The notes under the pieces are model-generated. The model was not told where the DNA came from and did no database searches. It saw only the letters and a program-made list of their open reading frames with translations. The position numbers and the translations under genes were made by a program. This document shows, piece after piece, positions 16,709 through 25,901 of a stretch of 64,000 nt of DNA. Origin of the DNA: a virus. How positions within the stretch are numbered: position 1 is the stretch's first letter; every line of letters starts with the position of its first letter. The stretch lies in IMG/VR virus record IMGVR_UViG_3300047160_010630, positions 44,001-108,000 of that record, one strand, 5' to 3'.

Positions 16709-17258
16709 CCAGGGCCATGCCGGGGATGTGCGTGGGGGAGACGGAGCCGACGCCGGGCGGGAGCAGGGTGATCTCGATGGGCTTCGCCGTGGCGAACGCG
16801 GCGACGTCCGCCGTGTTCACCTCCACCGTCTCGTGGCGGCCGGTGGCCGGGTTGCGCTGGGTGACCTTGCCGGTCAGCGGCTCCTTGGCCCAGTCGTGCC
16901 GCAGCTGGGCGACGTCGATCGCCTCGGTGGCGTCGCTGACGTGCGGGTCGGCCGCGTCGAACATGGCGAACGAGACGCGCTGCTCGTTGGTCCAGGCCGC
17001 GTCGATGGCCATCTGGAGACGGTTCTCCAGGTCGGCGATCTGGTCCCGGAGGTGGACCTCGTTGACGAGCAGGTCCCGGACGGTGTCCTCCATCCGGTTG
17101 TAGTCTTCCTGGACCTTGTTCTTCTGGATCTCCAGGAGGGCGATGTGCGAGCGCTCCTGCTCCAGTTCGCGCAGGAGCTGGCGCACGCGGCGTCGGCTGC
17201 GCTCGGGCGGGTTCTCGATGCGCAGGAGCTGCGCGACGGCCTTGATTCGGGGGTTCAC
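16701..17258 (-). CDS. Hypothetical coiled-coil protein
   Basis: AGGAAAGGAA leader and GTG start; heptad pattern. Confidence 0.6.
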   Translation of the reverse strand: MNPRIKAVAQLLRIENPPERSRRRVRQLLRELEQERSHIALLEIQKNKVQEDYNRMEDTVRDLLVNEVHLRDQIADLENRLQMAIDAAWTNEQRVSFAMFDAADPHVSDATEAIDVAQLRHDWAKEPLTGKVTQRNPATGRHETVEVNTADVAAFATAKPIEITLLPPGVGSVSPTHIPGMALVS

Positions 17259-17299
17259 GCGGTCTGTTCCTTTCCTCGTTCGTGTGTGATCATCACAGT

Positions 17300-17335
17300 A
17301 CACGCCCCCGCTTGCTGCTGCAAGCGGGGGCGTGT
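17300..17335 (-). terminator. 16-bp hairpin overlapping a promoter (TTGCAG-N17-TACTGT on -)
   Basis: ACACGCCCCCGCTTGC-N4-GCAAGCGGGGGCGTGT. Confidence 0.7.
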
Positions 17336-17346
17336 TCGTGTTTGGG

Positions 17347-17604
17347 TCAGCTGCCGTTACCGGCGTTGCGTCGCTCGGTGTCGTCACCCTGCGAGGCCGG
17401 AGGGTTGCCGAAGACCCGGTTGGCCTGGCGCTGGGCCTGGATCTGGTTGGAGGTGTGGACGGCGTCGTTCTCGGCCTTGGCGAAGTCGTCGGCCCCGCCG
17501 ACGGACAGGTAGTCCTGCCGGTCGGCGGCGGCTCCCTGGTTCATCCGCTGCTCGAAGGCACCGGAGCCCGGGTCCGGGTCACTGTTCCTCTTGAAGAGAC
17601 CCAT
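17347..17604 (-). CDS. Small hydrophilic hypothetical protein
   Basis: AAGGAA leader; MGLFKRNSDP... Confidence 0.6.
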   Translation of the reverse strand: MGLFKRNSDPDPGSGAFEQRMNQGAAADRQDYLSVGGADDFAKAENDAVHTSNQIQAQRQANRVFGNPPASQGDDTERRNAGNGS

Positions 17605-17644
17605 TTCCTTGTTCCTTTCTGCGCTGGGTAGAATCTCCACCCTG

Positions 17645-17727
17645 TGTGCTCGGAGGGAGTCGAACCCTCACGTCTCTTGGACGCCGGTACTTGAAGCCGG
17701 TGCGTCTGCCTGTTTCGCCACGAGCAC
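17645..17727 (-). tRNA. tRNA-Leu(CAA)
   Basis: Acceptor GTGCTCG/CGAGCAC, loop TT-CAA-GT, long variable arm, GGTTCGACTCC; no CCA. Confidence 0.88.
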
Positions 17728-17731
17728 TCAG

Positions 17732-17812
17732 CAGAGGGTAGAGGTAACGCTCCCCGAGCCTTTCAGCTCCCCAGATTTTCAAGACCTGTTTGCACCTTGT
17801 GCGGTACCCTCT
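17732..17812 (-). tRNA. tRNA-Ser(TGA) with atypical D and T loops
   Basis: Acceptor AGAGGGT/ACCCTCT, G discriminator, stem CAGGT/ATCTG, loop CT-TGA-AA, long variable arm; T-loop lacks TTCG. Confidence 0.7.
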
Positions 17813-18165
17813 ATATGTGTGACTGTTTTACCGTGATGGTCACTTGAATTGAGTATTACTACACGATTTTCTGGAACTATATAAACTGCCAGAAGATCTG
17901 ATTTATTTCCGTCGAACTTTATTACTCTTGTCTCATTTGTATTGTGTCGTACTGATTTAAGCTGTACGGCATAGCTCTTTTTGGATCCTTTGTAGGAGGT
18001 GCTTTTAACCTCTACTCTGGAAAGGATTCCTTCTTTAACTACTACCATGTCAAAGTTCGCATTACCAAAAACTGGTAGATAAACATCGTAACCTTGACGC
18101 ACGAATTCATGTGCTACGGCTGCTTCTCCGAGTCTACCCTTCTTTACTGTGTTCACGCGTCTCAT
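17779..18165 (-). CDS. PD-(D/E)XK homing-type endonuclease (I-Ssp6803I-like), free-standing in the tRNA cluster
   Basis: KGRLGEAAV...GYDVYLP...FDMVV...RVEVKST; strongly AT-rich; likely leaderless GTG start at 18156. Confidence 0.85.
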   Translation of the reverse strand: MRRVNTVKKGRLGEAAVAHEFVRQGYDVYLPVFGNANFDMVVVKEGILSRVEVKSTSYKGSKKSYAVQLKSVRHNTNETRVIKFDGNKSDLLAVYIVPENRVVILNSSDHHGKTVTHIEGTAQGANRS

Positions 18166-18177
18166 AATACAATAAAG

Positions 18178-18248
18178 AACGGACGACGGGAATCGAACCC
18201 GCACCTCCAGCGTGGAAGGCTGGGGCACTGCCGTTATGCAACGTCCGC
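18178..18248 (-). tRNA. tRNA-Gly(TCC)
   Basis: CCAGC-CTTCCAC-GCTGG anticodon arm; GGTTCGATTCC. Confidence 0.92.
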
Positions 18249-18249
18249 G

Positions 18250-18332
18250 TGGAAGTGGAGGGAATTGAACCCCCGAGCCCGAAGGATCCGGTTTACAGCC
18301 GGACGCAACCAGCCAACAGTTGCCTCACTTCC
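18250..18332 (-). tRNA. tRNA-Tyr(GTA)
   Basis: TCCGG-CTGTAAA-CCGGA; variable arm; GGTTCAATTCC. Confidence 0.92.
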
Positions 18333-18337
18333 AACAG

Positions 18338-18411
18338 GGTGACCTACGGGAATCGAACCCGCAACCTTCGGTGCCACAGACCGACGCTCTGCCAATTGAG
18401 CTAAGGCCACC
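18338..18411 (-). tRNA. tRNA-His(GTG) with encoded G-1
   Basis: TCGGT-CTGTGGC-ACCGA; G-1:C73. Confidence 0.93.
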
Positions 18412-18438
18412 ATTGCCGGTGTACTGCATGAATCGTAG

Positions 18439-18512
18439 TGGCGGGGACAGGATTTGAACCTGCGACCTACGGGTTATGAGCCCGCCGAGCTACCGAGCTG
18501 CTCCACCCCGCT
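18439..18512 (-). tRNA. Initiator tRNA-fMet(CAT)
   Basis: 1:72 mismatch; GGG/CCC anticodon stem; CTCATAA loop. Confidence 0.93.
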
Positions 18513-18536
18513 CCTACGAGCTTAGCAGGTCGCCGC

Positions 18537-18566
18537 GCCCGGCGCCCGGAGTTCCGGGCGCCGGGC
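18537..18566 (-). terminator. GC hairpin after the 18576 gene, followed by a TGC-TAAGCT -10 for the tRNA operon
   Basis: GCCCGGCGCCCGGA-GT-TCCGGGCGCCGGGC. Confidence 0.6.
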
Positions 18567-18575
18567 CACCGGCTG

Positions 18576-19190
18576 TCAGATCTTCTGGGGCTCCGCGTCA
18601 CCGGCGTCGTGCGCCGGGGCGTCGGTCTTCTCGGCGGTGTCCTCGGTCGCCGTCGCAGCGGCCAGCGCCTCGGCGACGACGGCCCGCACGAGCACCTTCA
18701 GGGTGCGGCGATGCGCGCGGTCCGACGTGACGCTGTGGCCGAACCAGGTGTACAGCGCCTTCTCCGCCTCGGTCGGCGACTCGGCCTCCGGCAGCACCCC
18801 GGCGCGCTGGGCGGCCCGGACGTACCGGTCCCAGTCGGAGCACCAGCTCTTGGCAGCGGCCAGCTGGTCCAGCTCGTCCAGGGTGGCGGGGAGGATCTTG
18901 AAGACCTCCTCGGCATGCTCCGAGAAGTCGCGGAGGTTCTCGGCGATGTACCTGACCAGCGGGTCCTCGGACTCCTTCAGCTTGTCCCAGGCGCCCCGGC
19001 GGACCTCTCGCGCGGTCGTGCTGTTGACCTGCTGGCAGGCGTCGCGGTAGTTGCGGAAGGTGTAGTCGCTCCAGTTGTTCTCGGTGCCGTAGTCCTCGCG
19101 GTACTTGGCGGCGATCGCGTCCAGCTTCTCGCGGATCTGCTCGGGGGTGATGGTGACGGCGGCGAAGTACGCCTCGATCTCGGGGAGCAT
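18576..19190 (-). CDS. Hypothetical protein
   Basis: GC3-rich ORF with own promoter and AGGAA leader. Confidence 0.75.
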   Translation of the reverse strand: MLPEIEAYFAAVTITPEQIREKLDAIAAKYREDYGTENNWSDYTFRNYRDACQQVNSTTAREVRRGAWDKLKESEDPLVRYIAENLRDFSEHAEEVFKILPATLDELDQLAAAKSWCSDWDRYVRAAQRAGVLPEAESPTEAEKALYTWFGHSVTSDRAHRRTLKVLVRAVVAEALAAATATEDTAEKTDAPAHDAGDAEPQKI

Positions 19191-19244
19191 CCTGTTCCTC
19201 TTTCTTCTCTTCCTGGTTCCTGCCCTCGTGGGCCGGTGAGAAGA

Positions 19245-19273
19245 ACACTACGCAGGACCTGACCCGCCGTCAA
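19245..19273 (-). promoter_or_regulatory. SigA/HrdB-type promoter
   Basis: TTGACG-N17-TAGTGT. Confidence 0.7.
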
Positions 19274-19328
19274 CCCCCGACCGGGAACCGCCCCCGGGCC
19301 GTGTGCCCGGAGGCGGTGCGCTCTTCCT

Positions 19329-20009
19329 TTAGAAGGGGAGGCCGCCGTTGTCGAACGGCAGCGCCGGGGGAGCGGTGTCCTGGGGCGCCTCGTCCTGCGG
19401 CTCCTCCTCCTCCTCCTCGGCCTTGTCCTCGTCCAGGACGTCGTACTTCTGCGGAGGCTCGTACTCGGCCTCTTCCTCTTCCTCTTCCTCCTTGGTGGAG
19501 TCCGCGACCGGCTGCGGCTGGGCGACCGGCTGCGGCTGGACAGCGGGCTGGGGCTGTGCCATCATCGGCTGCGGGGAAGCTGACGGGGCGCCAGAAGCCG
19601 TGCCGGTTCCGGGAGCCTTCACGTTCTTGAGCTTGCTACGGGTCTGCCCCTGCCACTCGTCCTCCTCGACCTCGATCTGGCAGGCCTTGCCGATCAGGTC
19701 GTTGGCGACCTTCTCCATGGAGGGATCGGTCCCGAAGTAGGCGCCGTTCAGGCCGAGTGCCGCCATGTGCCGGAAGAAGAATCCGAGCGCGATGGCGCTG
19801 TCCGGGCTGATGGTGAAGGTGTTGGGCATCGGCTTGCCCTGGAACGGACCCGAGGTGATCTTGAAGACGGCCTTGATCTGGTCCTTGCCGTTGCTGTTCT
19901 TGGTGTGGCTGGCCTTGGTGATGACCGCGTCGTAGGTCCCCTTGGGGATCGTGACGAACCCGGCGTCCTCGGCGGCCTTCTGGAGATCCTTCCAGGAGTA
20001 CTGCGCCAT
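19329..20009 (-). CDS. DUF669-type ssDNA-binding protein
   Basis: IPKGTYDAVI...LIGKACQIEV...WQGQTRSKLK; acidic tail ending LPF; next to the Sak4-like gene. Confidence 0.8.
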   Translation of the reverse strand: MAQYSWKDLQKAAEDAGFVTIPKGTYDAVITKASHTKNSNGKDQIKAVFKITSGPFQGKPMPNTFTISPDSAIALGFFFRHMAALGLNGAYFGTDPSMEKVANDLIGKACQIEVEEDEWQGQTRSKLKNVKAPGTGTASGAPSASPQPMMAQPQPAVQPQPVAQPQPVADSTKEEEEEEEAEYEPPQKYDVLDEDKAEEEEEEPQDEAPQDTAPPALPFDNGGLPF

Positions 20010-20767
20010 CAGCTCTGCACCTTCTTCGCGTTGGTGTCGGTCTTCTTGGTGTCGGTCTTGGTCTCGCCCCGCAGGAGCCGGAGCATCTCCACGACGTTCG
20101 GGTTGTCCACGTACGACCCGAGCGCTCCGCCGACGCGTTCCCCGGTGATGTAGCCCGGGGTCGGCCCGATGTACAGGCGGTGCGCCAGCTCCCCGTTCAT
20201 GTCGGGGACGATCGCCAGGTACGCGCAGCAGTCCACGTGGTACGGCAGGACGGTGGACAGGGAGCCCTGGACGTAGGGACGCCAGTCCTCGTCATCCTTC
20301 TTCGCCATGGCGATGATCACCACCGCGTCCAGCGGCTTGACCGGGTGCGTCGTCAGGTCGCGCATCTGCCGGACCAGTTCAGACACCCTACGAAGCAGCG
20401 TGCCCCAGTCCTGCTGCTTCATCTGGTCGTGGCCCACCAGGGCGTCGATGCAGCGCTGCTGGATCTCCGAGATGGAGTCCAGGACCACCGAGACGAACGG
20501 GTGCTGGCCGGAGTTCAGCCACTCGTACGCCTTCTCGATCGTCTGGTAGTCCCGGACGTAGACGATGGCGGTGTCCCAGGTGCCGTCGGCGACCGGCGGG
20601 GCGTACTGCTTGGGGTCCCAGACGACCTTCTTGCCTGGCACGAACCGGGCGCCCATCTCGGCGTCCAGGATCAGGCGGGGGGCCGGGGTGGTGGCGCCGA
20701 AGGTGGTCTTCCCGGTCTTGGCCTTGCCGTAGACGAGGATGTTGAGTCCGATGTGGAAGTCATTCAC
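20009..20767 (-). CDS. Sak4-like AAA_24 ssDNA-annealing ATPase
   Basis: ILVYGKAKTGKTT Walker A; VVLDSISE; QQDWG. Confidence 0.85.
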   Translation of the reverse strand: MNDFHIGLNILVYGKAKTGKTTFGATTPAPRLILDAEMGARFVPGKKVVWDPKQYAPPVADGTWDTAIVYVRDYQTIEKAYEWLNSGQHPFVSVVLDSISEIQQRCIDALVGHDQMKQQDWGTLLRRVSELVRQMRDLTTHPVKPLDAVVIIAMAKKDDEDWRPYVQGSLSTVLPYHVDCCAYLAIVPDMNGELAHRLYIGPTPGYITGERVGGALGSYVDNPNVVEMLRLLRGETKTDTKKTDTNAKKVQS

Positions 20768-21722
20768 TGCGTGCGCTGTCCTTTTCCTGTGCGAATTCTT
20801 CGACTACGCGTTCGATGAGTTCGTTTCCGTAGTATGCAAAAGGGTCCGCCTGAGTGTACTCACCGGCCAGTGCGTCCTCGAACCGTGAGCCGTCGTCCGC
20901 GAGGTGGCACACCTTCACGAAGGGGCACCAGTCGCAGTGCGTTCCCGGGTTCGGGTAGGCGACGCGCTTGTGGTCCTCACCATTGTCGAGCCGGTCACTG
21001 ACATTCAGGATGTCCTGGGCCGTCTCCAGGGTGCGCAGCCACATGCTGTTCAGGTCGTGCCGGTTGAAGTTGACCTCGACCTGCTCGTAGAACGGGCCCT
21101 TGGCCCTGGCCGTGCGCTTGGAGCGCAGGAGCATCGTGTACAGCATGCCGCCGGAGCGGTCGGTGCCGTGCTCCTGCGCGTCCAGGTTCTGGAGGAGCGT
21201 GTAGAAGCGCATTTGCTCGTCCCGCAGGAGCTTGTCGGCCTTGGACAGTGTACCGACCGTCTTCCAGTCCCGTCCGAGCACCACGCCGTCCCATTCCCTG
21301 CGGATCAGCTGGTCCAGCTTACCGACCAGGGCGATCGGCCGTCCGTCCGGCGCGCTGGTTTCACGTGAAACGATGCGCTCGGTGGCGACGATCGTCAACC
21401 CCGCGTCCACGCCGGTCGACTCGGCCCACGGGAGGTAGCCCTCCACCATCGTGCGGGCCCAGTCGTGCTCCTTGTCCAGCTCTTCGGCCCAGTTCGGGTA
21501 CTCCTGGACCGCCCACTGGTAGACCTTCTCCAGGACGGACAGCGGGTCCAGTGCGTACCCGTAGTACGCCTCCAGGGCGAGGTGCACGCGGGTGCCCAGC
21601 TCGGCGTAGCCGACCGGCTTGCGGCGTGACGGCTTGACGGTGAGCTGCTGGTAGTACCCGAGGTACCACTTCCTGCGGCAGGCCTTGAAGGTTTGCAGAA
21701 GGCTGTTGCTGAACGCGTGCAC
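20760..21722 (-). CDS. Cas4/RecB-like PD-(D/E)XK exonuclease
   Basis: SNSLLQTFKACRRKW, GTRVHLALE, GKLDQL, DWKT, QMRFY, CDWCPF...C. Confidence 0.88.
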   Translation of the reverse strand: MHAFSNSLLQTFKACRRKWYLGYYQQLTVKPSRRKPVGYAELGTRVHLALEAYYGYALDPLSVLEKVYQWAVQEYPNWAEELDKEHDWARTMVEGYLPWAESTGVDAGLTIVATERIVSRETSAPDGRPIALVGKLDQLIRREWDGVVLGRDWKTVGTLSKADKLLRDEQMRFYTLLQNLDAQEHGTDRSGGMLYTMLLRSKRTARAKGPFYEQVEVNFNRHDLNSMWLRTLETAQDILNVSDRLDNGEDHKRVAYPNPGTHCDWCPFVKVCHLADDGSRFEDALAGEYTQADPFAYYGNELIERVVEEFAQEKDSARSE

Positions 21723-21883
21723 CGGGAGCTGCTCCTAGAGTGGTGGTTCGCCGACGATCATCTCCGTATAGATATGCGGGCCGTCGCACACCCAGAGATC
21801 TGTCTCCTCGTCCTGGTGGGTCCAGCGCTTCTCGCACCGGTACCAGAAGGTGAGCTTGGCCTGGCAGCGCCCGTCACGCGGAC

Positions 21884-23632
21884 TCAGCCAGCGCCGAGCA
21901 GCTTCTTCAGCGCTTCCGCGTCCCTCATCACGTCCTCCATCCGCCACTGCTTCCCCCTCAGAAGGTCGATCCTGTTCTCCTCCACCGTACCGGGCGTGAT
22001 CTGTTCGATGATCCGCACTTCGGCGTGGTGCTCGGATCCGATCCTATGGATACGATCTTCCCCTTGCATGTTCTGCACTTCGCTGTACGAGCGCTGCATG
22101 AAAAGCATGGTGTTCGCACGGGTCAGCGTGATGCCTTCGGCGCCCGCCCCGAGGGTGAGCAGGATGACCCGCGTGCGGCCCTCCTGGAAGTCCTTGACGG
22201 CCCCCTGGCGCTCCAGGGCGGACTGGGCGCCGGTCACCAGGCCGTAGGAGATCTTGTGCTTCTCCAGGCGCTTGGCGGCCAGCTCGATCAGCTGCCGGGA
22301 GACGGCGGCGACCACGAGCGGTTCGTCCCCCATCTCCTCCAGCAGGTCGATCAGGTCGTCCACCTTGCCGGACGGGTCCGACAGATGCAGCCCGCCCTCG
22401 TCGTCCACCTCGGCCGACGCGGCGGCGAACTGGAGCAACCGGGTGAGCTTGGACAGCGGGTCCACGGCCACCAGGATCTCGTTCAGCTGCGCGATCATCA
22501 GCTCGCGCATCTGCGCGTACGCCTTGGCCTGCTTGGCGGACATCGGCGTGTGCCGGTACTGGACCGGGAGCTTGGGCGGGAGCTGGGGGAGTGCGGCCTC
22601 TTTCGGAATACGCCGCATAATGGGATCGATGATGCAGAACAGCTCGGACCGGTTCACCGGATTGATGCCGATGACCTCGTTCCCGCCGAAGTAGTTGTAC
22701 GAGAACTGCGCGTAGCGGTCCAGGAATTTCGTCTTCGCCCTGAACCAGTCCGGCTCGATGGTGTGGAGGATGCTCCACAGGTCGCCGATGTTGTCCCGCA
22801 CCGGCGTGCCGGTCAGCGCGAACCGGTAGACGGCCTGATGGGCCACGTACCAGCAGGCACGCGTCCACTTGGCCTTCGGGTTGGACAGCTTGTGCGCCTC
22901 GTCGAAGACGATACTCCGGTGGCCCAGGGAGTTGAGTTCCTTCTCCTCCCGGTCCTTGTCGGTCAGCGCGATGTCACCGTACGGGGCGATCCGCGAGTGC
23001 AACCGGACCGCGTCCCAGTTCAACACGTAAACCATGGCACCGGCCTCCAGCTGTTTGCGCCGCTTGACGGCCGTGCCGTCGACCACCTGGACGGTGACCT
23101 CCGGCGCCCACTTCTTGAAGTCCTCCTCCCACACAGTGTATTTCAGGGAGTTCGGACAGATGATGAGCGCCGGGAACGGATTCATGTTGAGGTCGCGCAT
23201 GAGCTGGAGTGTGCGGATCGCTACGGGCGTCTTCCCCAGGCCCATCGGATTGGCGAGAACGGCCCGCTCGTTGGTGGCCAGGAAGTCGACGTCGACACGT
23301 TGGTAGGGGAACAGCTTGAGCTGCTGGTTTCGCTCGATCCAGTCGAGCGACGGCCCGTAGGTGATGTCGGCGTGCAGCGCGTCCCGCAGCTTCATCGCCG
23401 GGACGATCTTCTGTGCCCGCTCCTTCCAGGCCCACGCCTGGAGTTCGTCCCCGATCGTCAGGTCGTCCTTGAAGACTCCCCGCAGGACCATGCAGGTGGC
23501 CCAGGTGAGCGGGGCCGCCCACACACCGAGGTCTTTCTTGTACGAAGCCCCGGGAATCTGCGCAGTCAGGTGCCGCTGATGGTAGCTGCTGGTGATGTGA
23601 ACGGCTTCGCCTACACGTTCTGCATACGCCAT
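21884..23632 (-). CDS. SNF2-family helicase
   Basis: LFPYQ, MGLGKT, FDEAH, LTGTP, AEGITL, QGEDRIHRIG. Confidence 0.92.
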   Translation of the reverse strand: MAYAERVGEAVHITSSYHQRHLTAQIPGASYKKDLGVWAAPLTWATCMVLRGVFKDDLTIGDELQAWAWKERAQKIVPAMKLRDALHADITYGPSLDWIERNQQLKLFPYQRVDVDFLATNERAVLANPMGLGKTPVAIRTLQLMRDLNMNPFPALIICPNSLKYTVWEEDFKKWAPEVTVQVVDGTAVKRRKQLEAGAMVYVLNWDAVRLHSRIAPYGDIALTDKDREEKELNSLGHRSIVFDEAHKLSNPKAKWTRACWYVAHQAVYRFALTGTPVRDNIGDLWSILHTIEPDWFRAKTKFLDRYAQFSYNYFGGNEVIGINPVNRSELFCIIDPIMRRIPKEAALPQLPPKLPVQYRHTPMSAKQAKAYAQMRELMIAQLNEILVAVDPLSKLTRLLQFAAASAEVDDEGGLHLSDPSGKVDDLIDLLEEMGDEPLVVAAVSRQLIELAAKRLEKHKISYGLVTGAQSALERQGAVKDFQEGRTRVILLTLGAGAEGITLTRANTMLFMQRSYSEVQNMQGEDRIHRIGSEHHAEVRIIEQITPGTVEENRIDLLRGKQWRMEDVMRDAEALKKLLGAG

Positions 23633-23667
23633 TCCTCAGCCTTTCCTGGTGCGTGATGATCAGTGTA

Positions 23668-24138
23668 CTACTCGTCGAAGAGTTCCGCAGCGAGATGCAT
23701 GGGTGTACGACCTTCTCGCAAGGTCCATGCCAACAAATGAGCTGCTGCGTCGTTTGCATGCACCTGACCGGGCTTGTGCCAGCGCAGCTTCTGGAGCTTG
23801 TCGCCGTCCATGCCGAGCTTCCTGGAGGCGGAAGGCACCGGCGCCAGCAAGGTGGTGTTGTACTTGTACGCGATCCACTTCACCATGCCGATGACCTCAA
23901 GGCTGTACTCGGGGTCGCTGGCCACGGTGGACGGCGTGACGATGAACTTCTCGTACCCGACGGCCAGCTGGTTGTGGTGGAACCGGGCGTACGACTCCAG
24001 GTCGTTGCCCAGGGTGAAGAAGTCCAGCTGGCCGCTGGAGAAGGACATCTCGGAGGAGAGCGAGGCCCAGCCGGTCAGCTTGCCGGGGTCCAGCCAGATG
24101 ACGCGTTCGAAGTGCTTCGGGACATTTACTTTTGCCAC
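23668..24138 (-). CDS. RuvC-like Holliday junction resolvase
   Basis: WLDPGKLTGWA; YEKF; HANDAAAH. Confidence 0.75.
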   Translation of the reverse strand: MAKVNVPKHFERVIWLDPGKLTGWASLSSEMSFSSGQLDFFTLGNDLESYARFHHNQLAVGYEKFIVTPSTVASDPEYSLEVIGMVKWIAYKYNTTLLAPVPSASRKLGMDGDKLQKLRWHKPGQVHANDAAAHLLAWTLREGRTPMHLAAELFDE

Positions 24139-25901
24139 CGGTCTCTCATGACCTTTCCTCCGGCTGTCAGAGGAACACGATAACCCGTCCGGTCCGTCAT
24201 GCAGTCTTCAATGAGCTTCAGTACGTCGTCCGCGTCCTGCTCGGGTACTTCGCACAGGATCTCATCGTGAATGGGCAGCAGCATGTTGTCCCCGAGGCCG
24301 ACGGAGTCCATGGTGACCAGGCACTGCTTCATGTAGATGGCCGCCGTACTCTGGATCCGCGCGTTGAACGCCTGCGTGTACTCGCTGCCGCGCTCGATCC
24401 CCAGGCGGTGGCCCAGGTGGCTGAACAGGTGCGGGTGGCGGGTGGACTTCGCCGCGCGCTCGTACCGCGTGAGCGCTTCCTTGATGCCCGGGAAGCGCCC
24501 GAAGAACTCACCGGCAGCATACGCCATCTGCTCGTTCGACACGCCGGTGGCAATCGCCATGGCCTCGATGTTGTCGCCGCCGCCGTACGCGGACCGGTAG
24601 ACCAGGGTCTTGATCTGGTTGCGGCGCGGGTCGCTCTTCTCGATCCGCTCGCCGAACACCGGTACGGAGAGTTCGCAGAAGAGGTCCCCGCCGTCGCGGT
24701 CGGCCCGTTCGAACGCCTCGATCAGGCCGGGGTCCTCGGTGAAGTGGGCTGTCAGCCTGGCCTCCACCTGGTCCAGGTCGCACGTGACGAAGACGCGTTC
24801 CGGCCGTGGCACGAACGATCCGCGTACGAACTTGTCGTCTCGGGGGAGTGTCTGGAGCGCCGGGTCCGTCACGGACATCCGGTCGGTCTTGGCGGCCATG
24901 GTGTTGATGGTGGCGTGGACGACGTCGAATTCGTCCCGGAAGTCCAGGAAGTTCTCCAGGTAGGAGCGCCGCATCTTCGTGGCGTGCTTGATGTGCTTGA
25001 TGTACTTCGCCAGTTCGCGTGCGGCCGGGTGATCGGCACGGGCGGCGAAGAACTCCAGGACGGTCTTGTCCATCTGGGGGGAGCCGAGCGCGGTGTACTC
25101 GGTGATCTCGCACCCGAGCCGCTCGAACGCCCGCGCCAGCTGGCCGCTGGACCCGGGTGCGGTGATGCCGTGGACGTTCTTGAGCCACACACGTGCTTCG
25201 TCCTCGAACGTGCTCAGCTTGGCGATGGCCTGCTCGACGTAGGGGACGTCCAGCTGCATTCCCTTGAGCATCATGTTCGTACAGATACGAAGAGTGGCCA
25301 TCTCCAGTTCGTATGCTTCCCTGGCGGTGGCCTCCACGCCGGGCCGGATCTTCTGGTCCAGGTGGGCGGTGAGGATCGGGTCCAGGGCCGAGTACACCCA
25401 GTAGGGGGCAAAACTGATGGGGACAGTCGCCCAGGTCCACCCCTGCGCCTTCATGCCCTCGTCCAGGGCCTTCTGGCCCTGCGCGGCGGTGCGGTCGATG
25501 CGCCGTTCGGACTGCCACTTCAAGCCCTTGGGCTGCATGGAGTCTTCGACGGCGGCCTGGACCATCGTGTCGTGCAGCCGCTCCCACGGAAGCTGGATCC
25601 CGCCCTGGACCTGGAACATCCGCTGCTCGAACGGGGCGTTGTGGCAGACCCACCAGCCCTCGTAGTCGCGGATGACCTCCAGGATGCCGCCCTTCCACAG
25701 GTCCCATGGAATCGCCCAGCCTTGGTGGAGGTCGCCGAACTGGACGAGGCGCAGTTTGTGCTTGTGCGGATTGAGTCCCTCGGACTCGGTGTCGACGGCG
25801 AGCGGAGTCTCTCGACGCTCGCCGACCCATCGCTTGAATGCGAACAGGTCTTCGATGGTCTCTACCAGATTCAGCTGGACATGGTCAAGAATTCCGGCCA
25901 T
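24126..25901 (-). CDS. Family A DNA polymerase with a 3'-5' exonuclease domain
   Basis: AVDTESEG, HNAPFE, HDTM, YSALD; motif A DLDQVEAR, motif B KTLVY..AYG, motif C IHDEI. Confidence 0.95.
   Translation of the reverse strand: MAGILDHVQLNLVETIEDLFAFKRWVGERRETPLAVDTESEGLNPHKHKLRLVQFGDLHQGWAIPWDLWKGGILEVIRDYEGWWVCHNAPFEQRMFQVQGGIQLPWERLHDTMVQAAVEDSMQPKGLKWQSERRIDRTAAQGQKALDEGMKAQGWTWATVPISFAPYWVYSALDPILTAHLDQKIRPGVEATAREAYELEMATLRICTNMMLKGMQLDVPYVEQAIAKLSTFEDEARVWLKNVHGITAPGSSGQLARAFERLGCEITEYTALGSPQMDKTVLEFFAARADHPAARELAKYIKHIKHATKMRRSYLENFLDFRDEFDVVHATINTMAAKTDRMSVTDPALQTLPRDDKFVRGSFVPRPERVFVTCDLDQVEARLTAHFTEDPGLIEAFERADRDGGDLFCELSVPVFGERIEKSDPRRNQIKTLVYRSAYGGGDNIEAMAIATGVSNEQMAYAAGEFFGRFPGIKEALTRYERAAKSTRHPHLFSHLGHRLGIERGSEYTQAFNARIQSTAAIYMKQCLVTMDSVGLGDNMLLPIHDEILCEVPEQDADDVLKLIEDCMTDRTGYRVPLTAGGKVMRDRWQK

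Noticed and set aside
17680-17705. Reading the tRNA-Leu loop as a TCA (opal suppressor or Sec) anticodon
   Set aside because: That register needs a bulged stem; TT-CAA-GT with an A discriminator and Leu-type arms fits better.
20760-21722. CRISPR-Cas locus suggested by the Cas4-like gene
   Set aside because: No repeat-spacer array or other cas genes; the context is a standard Sak4/SSB recombination module.
21735-21947. Small ORF between the helicase and the exonuclease
   Set aside because: Possibly real (Cys pattern), but there is no convincing start outside the helicase overlap.
21884-25901. Inteins in the helicase or polymerase
   Set aside because: Protein lengths are normal and no intein terminal motifs were seen.
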